Positions 1-9,488 are shown, numbered from the stretch's first letter. The stretch: 64,000 nt of DNA from a virus (IMGVR_UViG_3300032236_001244:3583-67582); one strand, 5' to 3'. Made by a program: numbers and translations. The notes: a model not told the origin generated them from the sequence alone.

Positions 1-3000
1 AGAACGCTTGTGGTCAATCAGCATGGCAATGTCTTCGTCAATGGTGTTTGCCGTGAGCATGAGCCATGCGGTCACGCTGTCCTTTTGACCAATGCGGTGG
101 CAGCGGTCTGCGCCTTGCTCCATGTCGCTGGGCGTCCAGCCTTGCTCTAGGAAAAGAACATCACTCGCTGCTGTTAGGGTCAGACCCACTCCGGCTGCTT
201 TGATGTTACAGGCGATTACCTTTTGGTCGTCGGAGTTTTGGAAAAGGTCTACCGCTTGCTGGCGCTTATCTCCGGTCAAACCACCTTGGATTTTTACGCC
301 GTTGCTGAACTTATCCGCAACCATGTCTACGACATCACGGTGCCAACCAAACACGACCAACTTCTTGTCTTGCTCTAGGAAATTGTCAATCCATTCCTGA
401 GCCGACTTCATTTTCGCCTTAGCAGCGAGTTGCTTCAAGGTGGTGATTGAAACCAACTGCTCGGCGCCACGGGCTCGCATGGCTTTGCGCCACGCTTCGT
501 TTTGGGCTTCTTTGTCGGTCGCACCGCTTTCACGGGCAAGTTCCAAGGCAAGTTGGGCAAGATACTTAATAATGTCCGCCTCAGCCTTTTTGTATTCCTT
601 CATAATTGTGGGGTCACCCTCAACGAGGACGGTACTCCAAATCTTGGGTGGTAATTCGGTAAGGACTTCCGCTTTGCGTCGGCGCACATAACAACTTGAG
701 CGTAACTTTCGGTTAAGCGAAGCAAGGCTCTTGGCGTTGGCACGACCATAGGTTCCACGGAATGCTGTTGCCCCACCAAATTCGTCCAAGCGATTAATAA
801 CCCGAAGTTGGGTGATTATTTCGGTTGGCGTATTAACAATTGCTGTTCCGGAAAGGCATACACGAACTCCGCCCTCAACAACCTTGTCGCTTAACTTTAC
901 GCAAGCCTTAGAGCGTTGTGCTGAACCGTTTTTGATGTAGTGGCTCTCGTCAAGAACAATTCCCTTAAGGGGTGGCAGTTTTTCAACCCAATGGGTCAAG
1001 ATGTCGTAATTGACAACATAAACATCTGCGTCGGGCGTGTTCCCCGTTGTTCCGCTGATTACCTTGACACGAGCGTGTGGTATCCAACGGTTAATTTCAC
1101 GCTCCCAATTCAACTTCAGCGAGGCTGGGCAAACAACAACCGCTGGGAAGGCTTGCGCTGCTTGGAGAACGCCGATACCTTGGACGGTGTTGTGAGTGAC
1201 CAAGTAATGCTCAATTACATACAAATGGTCTGGTGCGTCTACGGAAATACAGGTCACGGGTGCGTCGCCCATGGGTTCAATGCTTTTGATGTTTCGGCTG
1301 GGGGTGTATTTGGTCGGCTTTTTCCATGCCTCTACTTTGCGAGGCAGTAGAAAGGGGCAGTCCATAAGTTTGATGTTTACACGGTAAGCCAATTCTCCGT
1401 ATGGTTCACCGTTTTTTGTTGGTTGCTTAGTGTTTCGTCGCACCACCCCACCAAGGCTAAGAACCAACTCCGCAACTCCGTCCGCCAAGTCTTTGCTAAT
1501 ACTGACATACTCATTAGTTCCTTCAGCCCCAGCGTGACCGTCGGTGTCCATAAGACCCCGAAGCAAGGCTAAGCGGTCTTGCGCTGATGAGCGTAAGTAC
1601 TTTTCGGGAATAAACTTACTGCCGGACTTTTGGCGCAATCCCATAGCGTCAAGTGTGCGTCGTAAGACATTTGGTGAACCAGCGTGTTGGGAGATAATTG
1701 CGTAATCATAATTGCCCAAATGCTTCACAGAAAGTGTTGAAGGAATACGCTTGGAAACTTCTTGAACAATAAAACTGTCTGCTGAGGAAATGTGGACTTT
1801 CGCTCCACCAATTGCTCCGTCGCCCAAAAGTAGCCCGAGAAGGTACGGGTCAATTGGCAAAGGTTCGTTTTGCCCCTCAAATTCAACGGGCTGAACTAAT
1901 GGAATTCGCCACTTCAAGTTTCCGGCACCGTCAATCAATTGATTGGCAAGGTCTTTAGTTTCCTTGACGAGCCACTTATCTGGGTTTCGGTGACCATTTT
2001 GGACAGACTGAACAGCCCAAAGATGTTCGCCGTCTACAATCGTTTCCGAACCGTCATTGAACGAAACACGGTAAGTGGGAATTACGCCACGAGGGAAAAC
2101 ACCCGTTATGGTTGTAGCCCTACCGTTGGAACCGATAACCGTATCGCCAACGGCAAGGTTTTCAATGTTTGTCCAACCCTTGGGAGTTAGAACTTTGGTT
2201 CCGTGAACATTGCCCTTGCCCAGTCCCATTTCGTCGCCAATCAACACGCCACCCGTGGTTGGTTCGGTTTGCGTCCAATTGCCCTCGTGGTGTTCGTATC
2301 CCATTGAGCGCATGGCGTAGGCAATACCGGCTCGCTGGAAGGGAAACGGCTGAAAGGTGTCGTTGCCCAAACCATTGACCCAAATTTGAGCGTCTTTTGC
2401 TTGCGAAGCGTCAATTACCGCTTGAACGCCCTCGGCTTCGTGAAGCAACTCTTTGGCTTCTTCGGACAAACGAGCCTTGTGCTGTTCTGCGAACTTCAGA
2501 ACCTCATCTGAACTCTCAATTGGAACAAGCCACGCACGAATTGGTGGTGACCAAACCGAACCAGGCATTTGTCGGACTTGGCTAATCATCTCGCTGTCGT
2601 AGTTAAATGACAGTGCGAAATTGCGCCCGTGTACCGCAATGGTCGGAGTGGTGATTACCTCAACATCAGGCAAACGCTGGACATCAAGGCTCATAAAAAT
2701 TTGGTGTTCTTCGGCAATACGGCGCAACAAAGTTACGCTCGTTTTTGGAATGACCCAAGTTTTGTCGGTAGCGTTCCAACGGCGCCCCTGAATGGTGCGA
2801 ACAGCGTCAAGAATTATTGGGTTGTAATCAAACTTGATTACAATCTCGCCCTTCTCCAACACTGCTGAACCAGCCCACTCTTTTTTATCGGGCGTTGGTG
2901 CTGATGAAAGGATTGCCTTGGCACGGTCGGTAACGGGAATTTTGTTTCGTTCAGCCCATTGGAGAACGGAACCATACTTGGCGACGGAAACTTGCCAGCC

Positions 3001-3372
3001 CTTAACGGGGCTGTTCCAAAAAGCGCCAAGCGCAACTTTGGGGTAAGCGCTGTCTCCCCATGGAAGGAAAACGAGGACGGCGCCATTCCGAACATCTACG
3101 CAACGGACGCCACGAAGTTTGTTTGACGCTTTGGGCTCGGTGATTGCGCTGTAGTCAATGCCAACGGAAGCAAGTTGGGTTTTGTACTTGGCAAGCATTT
3201 CCCATACTTCACGCTGAACTTCGGGTTGCCACGCTTCTGCTGGCACTTTCGCAATAGCATTGCCAAACTTTGTATCAGACCCGTTAAAACCAACGCCGTC
3301 CTGTGTCACCGCACCGTCATCTACGCTGGCAAGCGCAAGGACTGCTTGAACGAGTAACGGGTCAGTTGGCAT
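1..3372 (-). CDS. SNF2-family (SF2) helicase, intein-containing, 3' end runs off the window
   Basis: Hand translation from ATG 3372 (MPTDPLLVQ...). Walker A DEMGLGK|T is split by an intein; also VVCPASLK, LDESH and QGADRCHRIGQ (motif VI). Absent from the ORF track because no stop lies in the window. Confidence 0.92.
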   Translation of the reverse strand, partial: MPTDPLLVQAVLALASVDDGAVTQDGVGFNGSDTKFGNAIAKVPAEAWQPEVQREVWEMLAKYKTQLASVGIDYSAITEPKASNKLRGVRCVDVRNGAVLVFLPWGDSAYPKVALGAFWNSPVKGWQVSVAKYGSVLQWAERNKIPVTDRAKAILSSAPTPDKKEWAGSAVLEKGEIVIKFDYNPIILDAVRTIQGRRWNATDKTWVIPKTSVTLLRRIAEEHQIFMSLDVQRLPDVEVITTPTIAVHGRNFALSFNYDSEMISQVRQMPGSVWSPPIRAWLVPIESSDEVLKFAEQHKARLSEEAKELLHEAEGVQAVIDASQAKDAQIWVNGLGNDTFQPFPFQRAGIAYAMRSMGYEHHEGNWTQTEPTTGGVLIGDEMGLGKGNVHGTKVLTPKGWTNIENLAVGDTVIGSNGRATTITGVFPRGVIPTYRVSFNDGSETIVDGEHLWAVQSVQNGHRNPDKWLVKETKDLANQLIDGAGNLKWRIPLVQPVEFEGQNEPLPIDPYLLGLLLGDGAIGGAKVHISSADSFIVQEVSKRIPSTLSVKHLGNYDYAIISQHAGSPNVLRRTLDAMGLRQKSGSKFIPEKYLRSSAQDRLALLRGLMDTDGHAGAEGTNEYVSISKDLADGVAELVLSLGGVVRRNTKQPTKNGEPYGELAYRVNIKLMDCPFLLPRKVEAWKKPTKYTPSRNIKSIEPMGDAPVTCISVDAPDHLYVIEHYLVTHNTVQGIGVLQAAQAFPAVVVCPASLKLNWEREINRWIPHARVKVISGTTGNTPDADVYVVNYDILTHWVEKLPPLKGIVLDESHYIKNGSAQRSKACVKLSDKVVEGGVRVCLSGTAIVNTPTEIITQLRVINRLDEFGGATAFRGTYGRANAKSLASLNRKLRSSCYVRRRKAEVLTELPPKIWSTVLVEGDPTIMKEYKKAEADIIKYLAQLALELARESGATDKEAQNEAWRKAMRARGAEQLVSITTLKQLAAKAKMKSAQEWIDNFLEQDKKLVVFGWHRDVVDMVADKFSNGVKIQGGLTGDKRQQAVDLFQNSDDQKVIACNIKAAGVGLTLTAASDVLFLEQGWTPSDMEQGADRCHRIGQKDSVTAWLMLTANTIDEDIAMLIDHKRS
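1189..2214 (-). mobile_element. Intein (342 aa) with LAGLIDADG homing endonuclease, class-3 signature
   Basis: In-frame insert between GLGK and T. Begins GNVHGTKVLTPKGW; block B DGEHLW; LAGLIDADG-like LLGLLLGDG and LLRGLMDTDG; block F TCISVD; ends VTHN followed by Thr. Confidence 0.95.
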
Positions 3373-3412
3373 ACCGTCTTATAATAGCACGGTTTAGTGG
3401 TGAAGTGAAGAA

Positions 3413-3676
3413 CTACTTATCTCGGTTGTGGTGCTTGTAAAGGGCTTGGTCGGTCGTGCCAGCCCATTCAGCAATCTTGCGCCAAGTCACGCCGTGGTCA
3501 CGAAGGCGAGTAACGGTCTGACGACGCTCACGACCCAACTCCACGACCTCTTGCTCGTGCTTACGCATTTGAGCGCAAATGTCCTTGATGTGGGTCAGCA
3601 ACGAGGCAACCTCGGGGGAAAAATCGGCTTCCAATTCCTTGCGACTTGGCAGTGGGGTAATGGGTTCTTTAGACAT
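3413..3676 (-). CDS. Small helix-turn-helix protein
   Basis: SD AGGAG before MSKEP; GVTWRKIAEWAGTTDQALYK is HTH-like. Confidence 0.75.
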   Translation of the reverse strand: MSKEPITPLPSRKELEADFSPEVASLLTHIKDICAQMRKHEQEVVELGRERRQTVTRLRDHGVTWRKIAEWAGTTDQALYKHHNRDK

Positions 3677-3874
3677 TGTGGTGTTCTCCTTGTAAGTCAC
3701 AGTGTAGTGGGGTTTCCAAAGTCCGGTGTTGTGTAACGGGGTTGGTCGCAGTATCACCAATAAATTTACGGAAATAAAACTTTTGTCGTATTGGCTTCTG
3801 TACGCCAAATTTTACACCCAATACTAAGTATTGGAAACCAATCTTTACCGTGCTACGAGGAAGGTGGGTGCTGT

Positions 3875-4048
3875 TTAGTTTTTGTTGAAGTCCGGGTTGG
3901 AAGGGTGGCGGAGCCGTGCCTTCCGTTCTTCGTTGATGTGCTGTTCATGGAACCATTCGCCGGAAACAAAAAAACCACGGACACGACAAATAAGGCAATG
4001 ACCGTAATCGTCGGGGCTAGACGAGTTTTCAAATTCGTGTTTTTCCAT
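3875..4048 (-). CDS. Small hypothetical protein with CxxC (MEKHEFENS...)
   Basis: Hand-found 57-aa ORF directly preceded by TTGACA-N16-TAGACT-N7-ATG. Confidence 0.5.
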   Translation of the reverse strand: MEKHEFENSSSPDDYGHCLICRVRGFFVSGEWFHEQHINEERKARLRHPSNPDFNKN

Positions 4049-4115
4049 AAACGACAGTCTATCAACTATTGTTTAGTTGTCAAGGGTTTTCCAATGTACT
4101 CGTGAAGGTACTTGA

Positions 4116-4490
4116 TTAGCAATCTTGTATTGGTGTGATTGTCAATTCCAATGCGTCCTTGCCGTACAAAGGGGCTAGGAAGGTCAGTTTGAGGACGATA
4201 CCAGCATGGTCGTCTATCAGCACCCCAGCGTCTACCAAGCCGTCAATTCCGGCTTTGGCTAGTGGGAAACACGCACCAACATCTTGCCTGTATCTGGCGT
4301 TCAGCACATAAGGTTGGACAACAACTTCTATTTGCTCCATGTGTGGAACCATGGCTTCTTGAGCAAGGTCGCAAAACGCTTGTCGCCACTCTTTGGTCTT
4401 TTTTGCCCTGACCATGTGGTGAACCGTTCGCTCTTTGTTGAGCGTAAAGTCGGGGCGTTCCTCGTAAGTCAATGTGTACGAGTTTTCCAT
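4116..4490 (-). CDS. RusA-like Holliday junction resolvase
   Basis: RQDVGACFPLAKAGIDGLVDAGVLIDD resembles the RusA D..N..K...D.L..G...DD motif. Confidence 0.75.
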   Translation of the reverse strand: MENSYTLTYEERPDFTLNKERTVHHMVRAKKTKEWRQAFCDLAQEAMVPHMEQIEVVVQPYVLNARYRQDVGACFPLAKAGIDGLVDAGVLIDDHAGIVLKLTFLAPLYGKDALELTITPIQDC

Positions 4491-4495
4491 GGTAA

Positions 4496-4984
4496 TTACA
4501 AACTAATTACTTTAAACGGCGCACGGACTTGGGTTGTGTGATACGCAGTCGCTTTTAATGCGGTGGTGAGCCGGTCTTTGCCACTCATGTTTACCCCTTG
4601 TAGGGCAAACAAAGCAGACATTGCTGATAGACCGCCTGCTCCAACCGCACCATAAGTTTCACGGCAACGAACTACGGAAAAATCATTTCCAATAATCCAA
4701 ACGCCAGATGTGCTGATGACAAGTATCTGCGTGTCATTTTCTGCTTGCGACGAAGAGTTTTCGTTCCACCATGCTTCCAAGTGGTCACGCAGTTTGTGGG
4801 GGTCGCCAATTGCGCTTTCGTACGCAACTTCAGCGAGGCGAAAACCGCCCGAGGCTCCGAGCAGGTAATCGTCGGTTTTCCAAACCTTGATTTCGGTCAA
4901 AACAACGCTGTCCTCATCAAAGGCTCCGCTGTCGCCACCTATCCACGCTTCTTTAGCGTTGTGCCAACCAGCAATTACCGTCAT
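4496..4984 (-). CDS. Ntn-hydrolase, HslV/proteasome-beta-like protease
   Basis: N-terminal M-T nucleophile (MTVIAG), GDS, and GAVGAGGLSAMSAL motif. Confidence 0.8.
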   Translation of the reverse strand: MTVIAGWHNAKEAWIGGDSGAFDEDSVVLTEIKVWKTDDYLLGASGGFRLAEVAYESAIGDPHKLRDHLEAWWNENSSSQAENDTQILVISTSGVWIIGNDFSVVRCRETYGAVGAGGLSAMSALFALQGVNMSGKDRLTTALKATAYHTTQVRAPFKVISL

Positions 4985-5024
4985 ACAAAAAGATTACTAG
5001 CCATTTTGACTAAACGGGAGTTTG

Positions 5025-5222
5025 CTACAAAACGGACGGATTTGTAGTGTGGGCTTTTGCTACCCCGAGGGCTTGGTTTTTGCTGAAGTATCTGCCGTCT
5101 GACCAGCCACACGAACATTGAGGTTCGTACAGGGTACGGTTCATCATTGCTGATTTGTACTCAATAACTTTGACTTCGTGATTTGACGGAGCCGTTGGTG
5201 AAGCCTTTTTCTTGGGTGGCAT
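5025..5222 (-). CDS. Small Zn-finger-like protein
   Basis: CSCGW...H pattern; start overlaps the upstream stop. Confidence 0.6.
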   Translation of the reverse strand: MPPKKKASPTAPSNHEVKVIEYKSAMMNRTLYEPQCSCGWSDGRYFSKNQALGVAKAHTTNPSVL

Positions 5223-5536
5223 TAGATGTTGCGCTTAAATAGTTCCCAATACCGTGTGCCACGGTTGTAAGCGACAATCCATTGGTCGTAGCACAAACGA
5301 CCGTTGCGGTAGCCGTGGCACTCCCAAATCGTTCCAATTGGTGTTTCCCACGGGTCGGGCAAATCGCATGGGTGAGGTTCGTAAATAAACGAGCCGGTAG
5401 GACGCTTGGTCTCTTCAGCAACTGCTTCTACCTTGGACTTGTGATACTCCAAGTTTTTCTTTTTGCTTTGGCTATAAAGTGCCTCTGCCTCGTTCTTACG
5501 AGCCATGTACTTTTTGTAAGTGCTGTCGCTTAACAT
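5222..5536 (-). CDS. Hypothetical protein
   Basis: ORF packed in the operon, SD-like GAAGGA upstream. Confidence 0.6.
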   Translation of the reverse strand: MLSDSTYKKYMARKNEAEALYSQSKKKNLEYHKSKVEAVAEETKRPTGSFIYEPHPCDLPDPWETPIGTIWECHGYRNGRLCYDQWIVAYNRGTRYWELFKRNI

Positions 5537-5650
5537 TGGTTTTCCTTCTAACTGCGCTGCGTTCGGTATTGTGAATACTAACCGCTAAACCCTCGTTACG
5601 CAAGTACTTTTCTGACAAATTTGCTCTTGCGACCATTTCTGCGTACATTT

Positions 5651-6181
5651 CTAACCTTTCATCACCAGCCATAATCCCGTGGGGGTTACGGTGTAGATGT
5701 CCTTCCAATCTACGAACCAACCAGCATAGCGGAGCGCCTCGGCGGTCAAAGCGGAGCAAATCCAAGTCCCGTTACGACGGGTGCTGATGAACCATTCTGG
5801 GGTCAGAATGTCCAAGCCGATACACGCAATGCTCATCAATCCGTAGGGGCTTCCCAATTGGCTCAGGGCAAAGAGGGCAATTTTTTTGGGGTCGGCTTCT
5901 TCGGGTGGGTGGACGAGGTGAAGTTCCTCGGCGTCGGGGAAAAGCGACGATAGGCGGTCAAGGCGAACGCCCCTGAGCGTTGCTTGAACAATCAAAACTT
6001 CTTCGTAGGTTGCGCCCGTGCTGACAACAATGAAGGTGTGATTGAAATCACACGAACGGAATTTTAAGTATTCGCCATACCGAATGAGGTGACCCATTGC
6101 TCCATTGGTACGAGCAAAACCAATGTCGCCAATTTTAATTTCGTTGGGTTTTAGATTTATCACGAAACGCCTTTCGCACAA
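5651..6181 (-). CDS. Permuted papain-like (NlpC/P60, YaeF/YiiX-type) hydrolase
   Basis: IGDIGF, FNHTFI (His first), GSPY, WICSALTAEA (Cys last); start uncertain. Confidence 0.75.
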   Translation of the reverse strand: MCERRFVINLKPNEIKIGDIGFARTNGAMGHLIRYGEYLKFRSCDFNHTFIVVSTGATYEEVLIVQATLRGVRLDRLSSLFPDAEELHLVHPPEEADPKKIALFALSQLGSPYGLMSIACIGLDILTPEWFISTRRNGTWICSALTAEALRYAGWFVDWKDIYTVTPTGLWLVMKG

Positions 6182-6231
6182 AAGAGGATTACTTCAATTG
6201 TACGAAGCGTTTGGTGATTTTAAAATCTTGG

Positions 6232-6384
6232 CTACTCGGCGTCGTCGCTTCCGCCAATGAACTTCAGCGTCGCTTGCCACATGGCTTTATTGTGCTGTAG
6301 TTCTTCCGGCGTCATCTTCGCTTCAACCTCACGGCGAATTGCGTCATAATCAATGTTGTCAATGTCTATGTTGCGTTCTGTCAT
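6232..6384 (-). CDS. 50-aa acidic protein translationally coupled to the tagged GNAT gene
   Basis: Hand-found ORF MTERNIDIDNIDYDAIRREVE...; ATGA overlap with the stop of 6381..6902. Confidence 0.6.
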   Translation of the reverse strand: MTERNIDIDNIDYDAIRREVEAKMTPEELQHNKAMWQATLKFIGGSDDAE

Positions 6385-6902
6385 TTTGCCAATCTCATTG
6401 TGTAGTAACTAGGTGTTCCAAATTCTTTGTAGTTCCAATTATCCGGTGCGTAGTCTGGGTTCCAAGGTGAAACACTCTCAACTTGAAATCCCAACTTGCC
6501 ATACAGGGCAGGTAGGAAGTTACCGAAGCATTCTACATAGTTCACGCCGTACTTGTCAATAGCGTGGTTTAGTATTTTTAGACCTGCGCCCTTTACCTTG
6601 CTGTCGCTGAACAAGGCGGTTGCTTCAACCCGACCGTCCCCGTGGTCGTGAACGAGAACTCCGGTTTTCCCGTCTTTAGAAATTACTGCGGTCATTTTTC
6701 CGGACTTCATGTCATTCATGGTGTAGTGATTTACAAAAGCGGAGTACTTGCTTCCCTTAAACGCTTTTTCAAACTGTTTTTTAAAATCACCATACGAAGC
6801 CACGCCAAACGAAATGTATTGGTTTCCCCTGAATGGGTGACCCTTAAAATCGCCTTTTGTAATTGGGTACAAAAGTTCGGTGGTGGTGAAGCCGGAAGTC
6901 AT
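6381..6902 (-). CDS. KGD-tagged stand-alone protein with GNAT-like domain
   Basis: Leader FTTTELLYPIT, tag KGDFKGHPFRGNQY, then GNAT-like KGAGLKILNHAI...LYGKLGF. Confidence 0.75.
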   Translation of the reverse strand: MTSGFTTTELLYPITKGDFKGHPFRGNQYISFGVASYGDFKKQFEKAFKGSKYSAFVNHYTMNDMKSGKMTAVISKDGKTGVLVHDHGDGRVEATALFSDSKVKGAGLKILNHAIDKYGVNYVECFGNFLPALYGKLGFQVESVSPWNPDYAPDNWNYKEFGTPSYYTMRLAK

Positions 6903-6914
6903 AATCCCAGATTA

Positions 6915-7397
6915 CTATTGCTCCCAAGAATTCTTGGTTAAGCCAAGTTCGTGTGCTTTTTTGGGGTTATCTTCAATCCAGCCGTTTAACCAATCGCAAA
7001 GAAGAATTATTCCGCTCATGTCTAAGAGGTTGGCGTCAGTGCGACCGGCTCTTGAGCGTGAGGTGATTTCGTGACCGTTGATTGCCCCAAAACATTTATG
7101 AGGGAAAATTTTTTGCCCTTGGCACTTCCAAGTTTCACGCTTTCCAAAATGGGCGAGCATGGCTTCTTTGCGTTGCTGATTGACCGATTTGCGCCTGTCG
7201 CTCATTGGTTTTAACGGCGTTCGCTTCAAAGTGCTGGGCTTGCGCTCAATCGGCTTGCGCTGAAGCGTCTTGGTCTTTTGAGCCGAAGCCCGACAAGACT
7301 TACAACGGGGCAAGTACTTGTCGGGCTTGTCTCTACGGGCAATGAACTCGCTGAGGGGAAGTATCTCCCGACACGCCCCACAGCGTTTGTTGTTCAT
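6915..7397 (-). CDS. Zn-binding HNH-like protein
   Basis: Two N-terminal CxxC; C..C...HE...RSRAG...LC resembles a degenerate HNH. Confidence 0.55.
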   Translation of the reverse strand: MNNKRCGACREILPLSEFIARRDKPDKYLPRCKSCRASAQKTKTLQRKPIERKPSTLKRTPLKPMSDRRKSVNQQRKEAMLAHFGKRETWKCQGQKIFPHKCFGAINGHEITSRSRAGRTDANLLDMSGIILLCDWLNGWIEDNPKKAHELGLTKNSWEQ

Positions 7398-7984
7398 TAG
7401 TTGCTGTTAGCAATGGCAATGTCGTTTGCCAAGGTGTTGGTGTCGGTGTTGTACTGCTGACACGCTTGTGAGAAGGCGGTCAGGTCGTAACTGTTTAGCG
7501 CCTGAAGCCCCGTGGTAGCAATGTTCTGAAGGTCGTTTCCAACCGTCTGAATGTCGTTGTTCACCGCACTTGACGGCGAGTTGGCGTTGTTAATCCAATC
7601 GGTTGCGTCCTGAGACAAAGTTGCGAAGTCAGAGGTCGCTGCTACTTGGTCGCCGTTCGTCAAGTCAGCAGCCGTCGTGGTGTAGTCACTTTGCGTCTGA
7701 GAAATAATTGGCAAGAAAGTTGGCTTCCAAGCGCTCCACTGCTCGGAAAAACTTTGCGTCGAAGTGGTGATTGTTCCACCACCGCCGTTTCCGCCCGAGT
7801 TGTTGTTGTTGTTGTTGCCACCGCCACCGCTACTTGCGATTGCGATAACAATTACGACCAGCACAACGCCAATGGCAATCTTGGCGTTCTTGGAAAGTGA
7901 GTTCCAAAAACCGGCGAGGTGTTCGCTTGACTTTGGCTCCACTGTTGGGGTTTGGTTATCTGTCATTGCTTGCTTTCTGTTCAT
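7397..7984 (-). CDS. Membrane-anchored protein
   Basis: One TM helix IAIGVVLVVIVIAIA, G/N linker, helical acidic domain. Confidence 0.7.
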   Translation of the reverse strand: MNRKQAMTDNQTPTVEPKSSEHLAGFWNSLSKNAKIAIGVVLVVIVIAIASSGGGGNNNNNNSGGNGGGGTITTSTQSFSEQWSAWKPTFLPIISQTQSDYTTTAADLTNGDQVAATSDFATLSQDATDWINNANSPSSAVNNDIQTVGNDLQNIATTGLQALNSYDLTAFSQACQQYNTDTNTLANDIAIANSN

Positions 7985-8514
7985 GCCCGAAGGCTTGGTG
8001 TTTCAGACTGTAGCACAGTTGAGTATGGCAAAGCAACACTTCCTGCGCCTAATTCAAAACTTTTTTGAAGGACGATTTCGCTGTCTTCTTTTTCTTTTAA
8101 CTCGTTGTACATCTTGTTAAATTGCGCTCGCACGGTGGTGATGTTTTCAGTTTGACAAATGTGTTGGTAACCGAGCGCTTTAACCGTTTTGCGAATAAGT
8201 GGGTGCGACCAACTTGGTCGGTTTTCGGCGTAGATACCGTAGCGGTCGCAAACATCATTTACTTCCGCCCACGCTTCGCTCGCAGTTGGTGATAGCACAC
8301 CAGAAACTTCAGCGCACTTTTTGCGTATGCCAGCAATCGTTGGAAACTTCTCCGAGGTCAAGACCCAATCTTGTACCGCACGCATTGCGACCTCAACGGG
8401 AATGTCTTGAAGCATTGCGTGGTACATCTCAATGGTTTCTGGCGTGGTGTTCCAAACCGGAAACGCCGACTTCAAAATGGCGCAAATGGTTGCTGTTTCT
8501 TTTCTGTTCATCAA
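7981..8514 (-). CDS. Replicative helicase loader/inhibitor (SPP1 G39P-like)
   Basis: ILKSAFP...YHAML.D...KFPTIAGI, AWAEV; follows the initiator gene. Confidence 0.75.
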   Translation of the reverse strand: MMNRKETATICAILKSAFPVWNTTPETIEMYHAMLQDIPVEVAMRAVQDWVLTSEKFPTIAGIRKKCAEVSGVLSPTASEAWAEVNDVCDRYGIYAENRPSWSHPLIRKTVKALGYQHICQTENITTVRAQFNKMYNELKEKEDSEIVLQKSFELGAGSVALPYSTVLQSETPSLRA

Positions 8515-9317
8515 TTATCTCCGTTCATCAAAAACTTTTCAATGTCGCTGAATTGGCGTGACACCCGTGGCTGTTCCGCTTCCGCAACTCCAGCGCCTTC
8601 ACTTAGGTAGTCCTCGTATCGCAAAGACGAGCCGTAGAAGGTTTGACCATGAAGCGTGTACTTGCTGTCCTCGCCACGGCGAGCCTCGGCGTAGTTCTTG
8701 GTTGCTTCCAAAAGGGTTTCAAGCGATACGCCAGCACGGAGCCGAGCGACGACCTGCTTGTACGCTGAAGTACGCCCGACCTTGCGTGGGTACTGCGACC
8801 ACAGGATTTGAAATTCCTTAGCAAAGGGTTGGGTTTTCGTGGTGATACCGTCTGCCGAATTTTCGGCTGACGAAGAGTTACTCACATCAGTACTTTCTTC
8901 ATTCAGTACTTTCTCTAATTCAGTACTTACTATGTCTACGGGTTTGCCGTTCACGGTTGAGCCGGATACGGTTGAGCCGTTTACGGCTAAGCCGGAAGCG
9001 GTGATGTCATCAAAAGGCACAGTGCTGACCTCATGGACAATGCGCTCCACCTGAACAAACTGACCCGTTTCGTCGTGCGATTGCTCTCTGGTGATGTAGC
9101 CAGCGTCCTCAATCTCGTTGAGAATGCGATACACGGCGTCACGCTTCGCCTTTGTCTCTTTGACAAGCGCCTTTACAATCACCTTCCAATGGTCTGGCTT
9201 GCTAAGCAAATACGCCAGCATTCCACGGGCTTCCCATGAAAGTCGGGGGTCGTTCAGCACAGCATTTGGCAAAACTGTGTAGTTACTGCGAATAGCGGAC
9301 GGTGTTCTGCGTATCAA
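8511..9317 (-). CDS. Phage replication initiator (wHTH)
   Basis: NYTVLPN..L.D.RLSW.ARG.L.YLLSKP..W N-terminal domain; F..LW..YPRKVG C-terminal domain; internal iterons. Confidence 0.85.
   Translation of the reverse strand: MIRRTPSAIRSNYTVLPNAVLNDPRLSWEARGMLAYLLSKPDHWKVIVKALVKETKAKRDAVYRILNEIEDAGYITREQSHDETGQFVQVERIVHEVSTVPFDDITASGLAVNGSTVSGSTVNGKPVDIVSTELEKVLNEESTDVSNSSSAENSADGITTKTQPFAKEFQILWSQYPRKVGRTSAYKQVVARLRAGVSLETLLEATKNYAEARRGEDSKYTLHGQTFYGSSLRYEDYLSEGAGVAEAEQPRVSRQFSDIEKFLMNGDN
8887..9005. repeat. Putative replication origin: 4 x 15-bp iterons plus 3 x TCAGTACTT in an AT-rich flank
   Basis: GCCG-led 15-mers at 8946, 8961, 8976, 8991; TCAGTACTT at 8887, 8903, 8920; inside the initiator gene. 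Confidence 0.7.
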
Positions 9318-9405
9318 GGTCGCTCCTTGGCGGTTGTCTATTGGGGTCGTGAGGATACACCATTCATGGTGGTGAAGTTAGGACGCTTTATAACGCCCTG
9401 TACGC

Positions 9406-9450
9406 TCAAACCCCGTCCATACCATGGCTAGGTACTCGGACGGGGTTTGA
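9406..9450 (-). terminator. Hairpin/terminator after the AAA ATPase
   Basis: 13-bp perfect stem TCAAACCCCGTCC/GGACGGGGTTTGA. Confidence 0.6.
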
Positions 9451-9488
9451 ACGCTCAAAACGGGCTGATTTGACCGTCTGAGGGCAGA

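Noticed and set aside
92-3357. Short ORF-track calls in 92-3357
   Set aside because: They are shadows of the single helicase-intein frame on the - strand.
7785-7830. (TTG)n/(CCA)n microsatellite as a phase-variation switch
   Set aside because: In-frame triplets coding a Gly/Asn linker; slippage would not shift frame.
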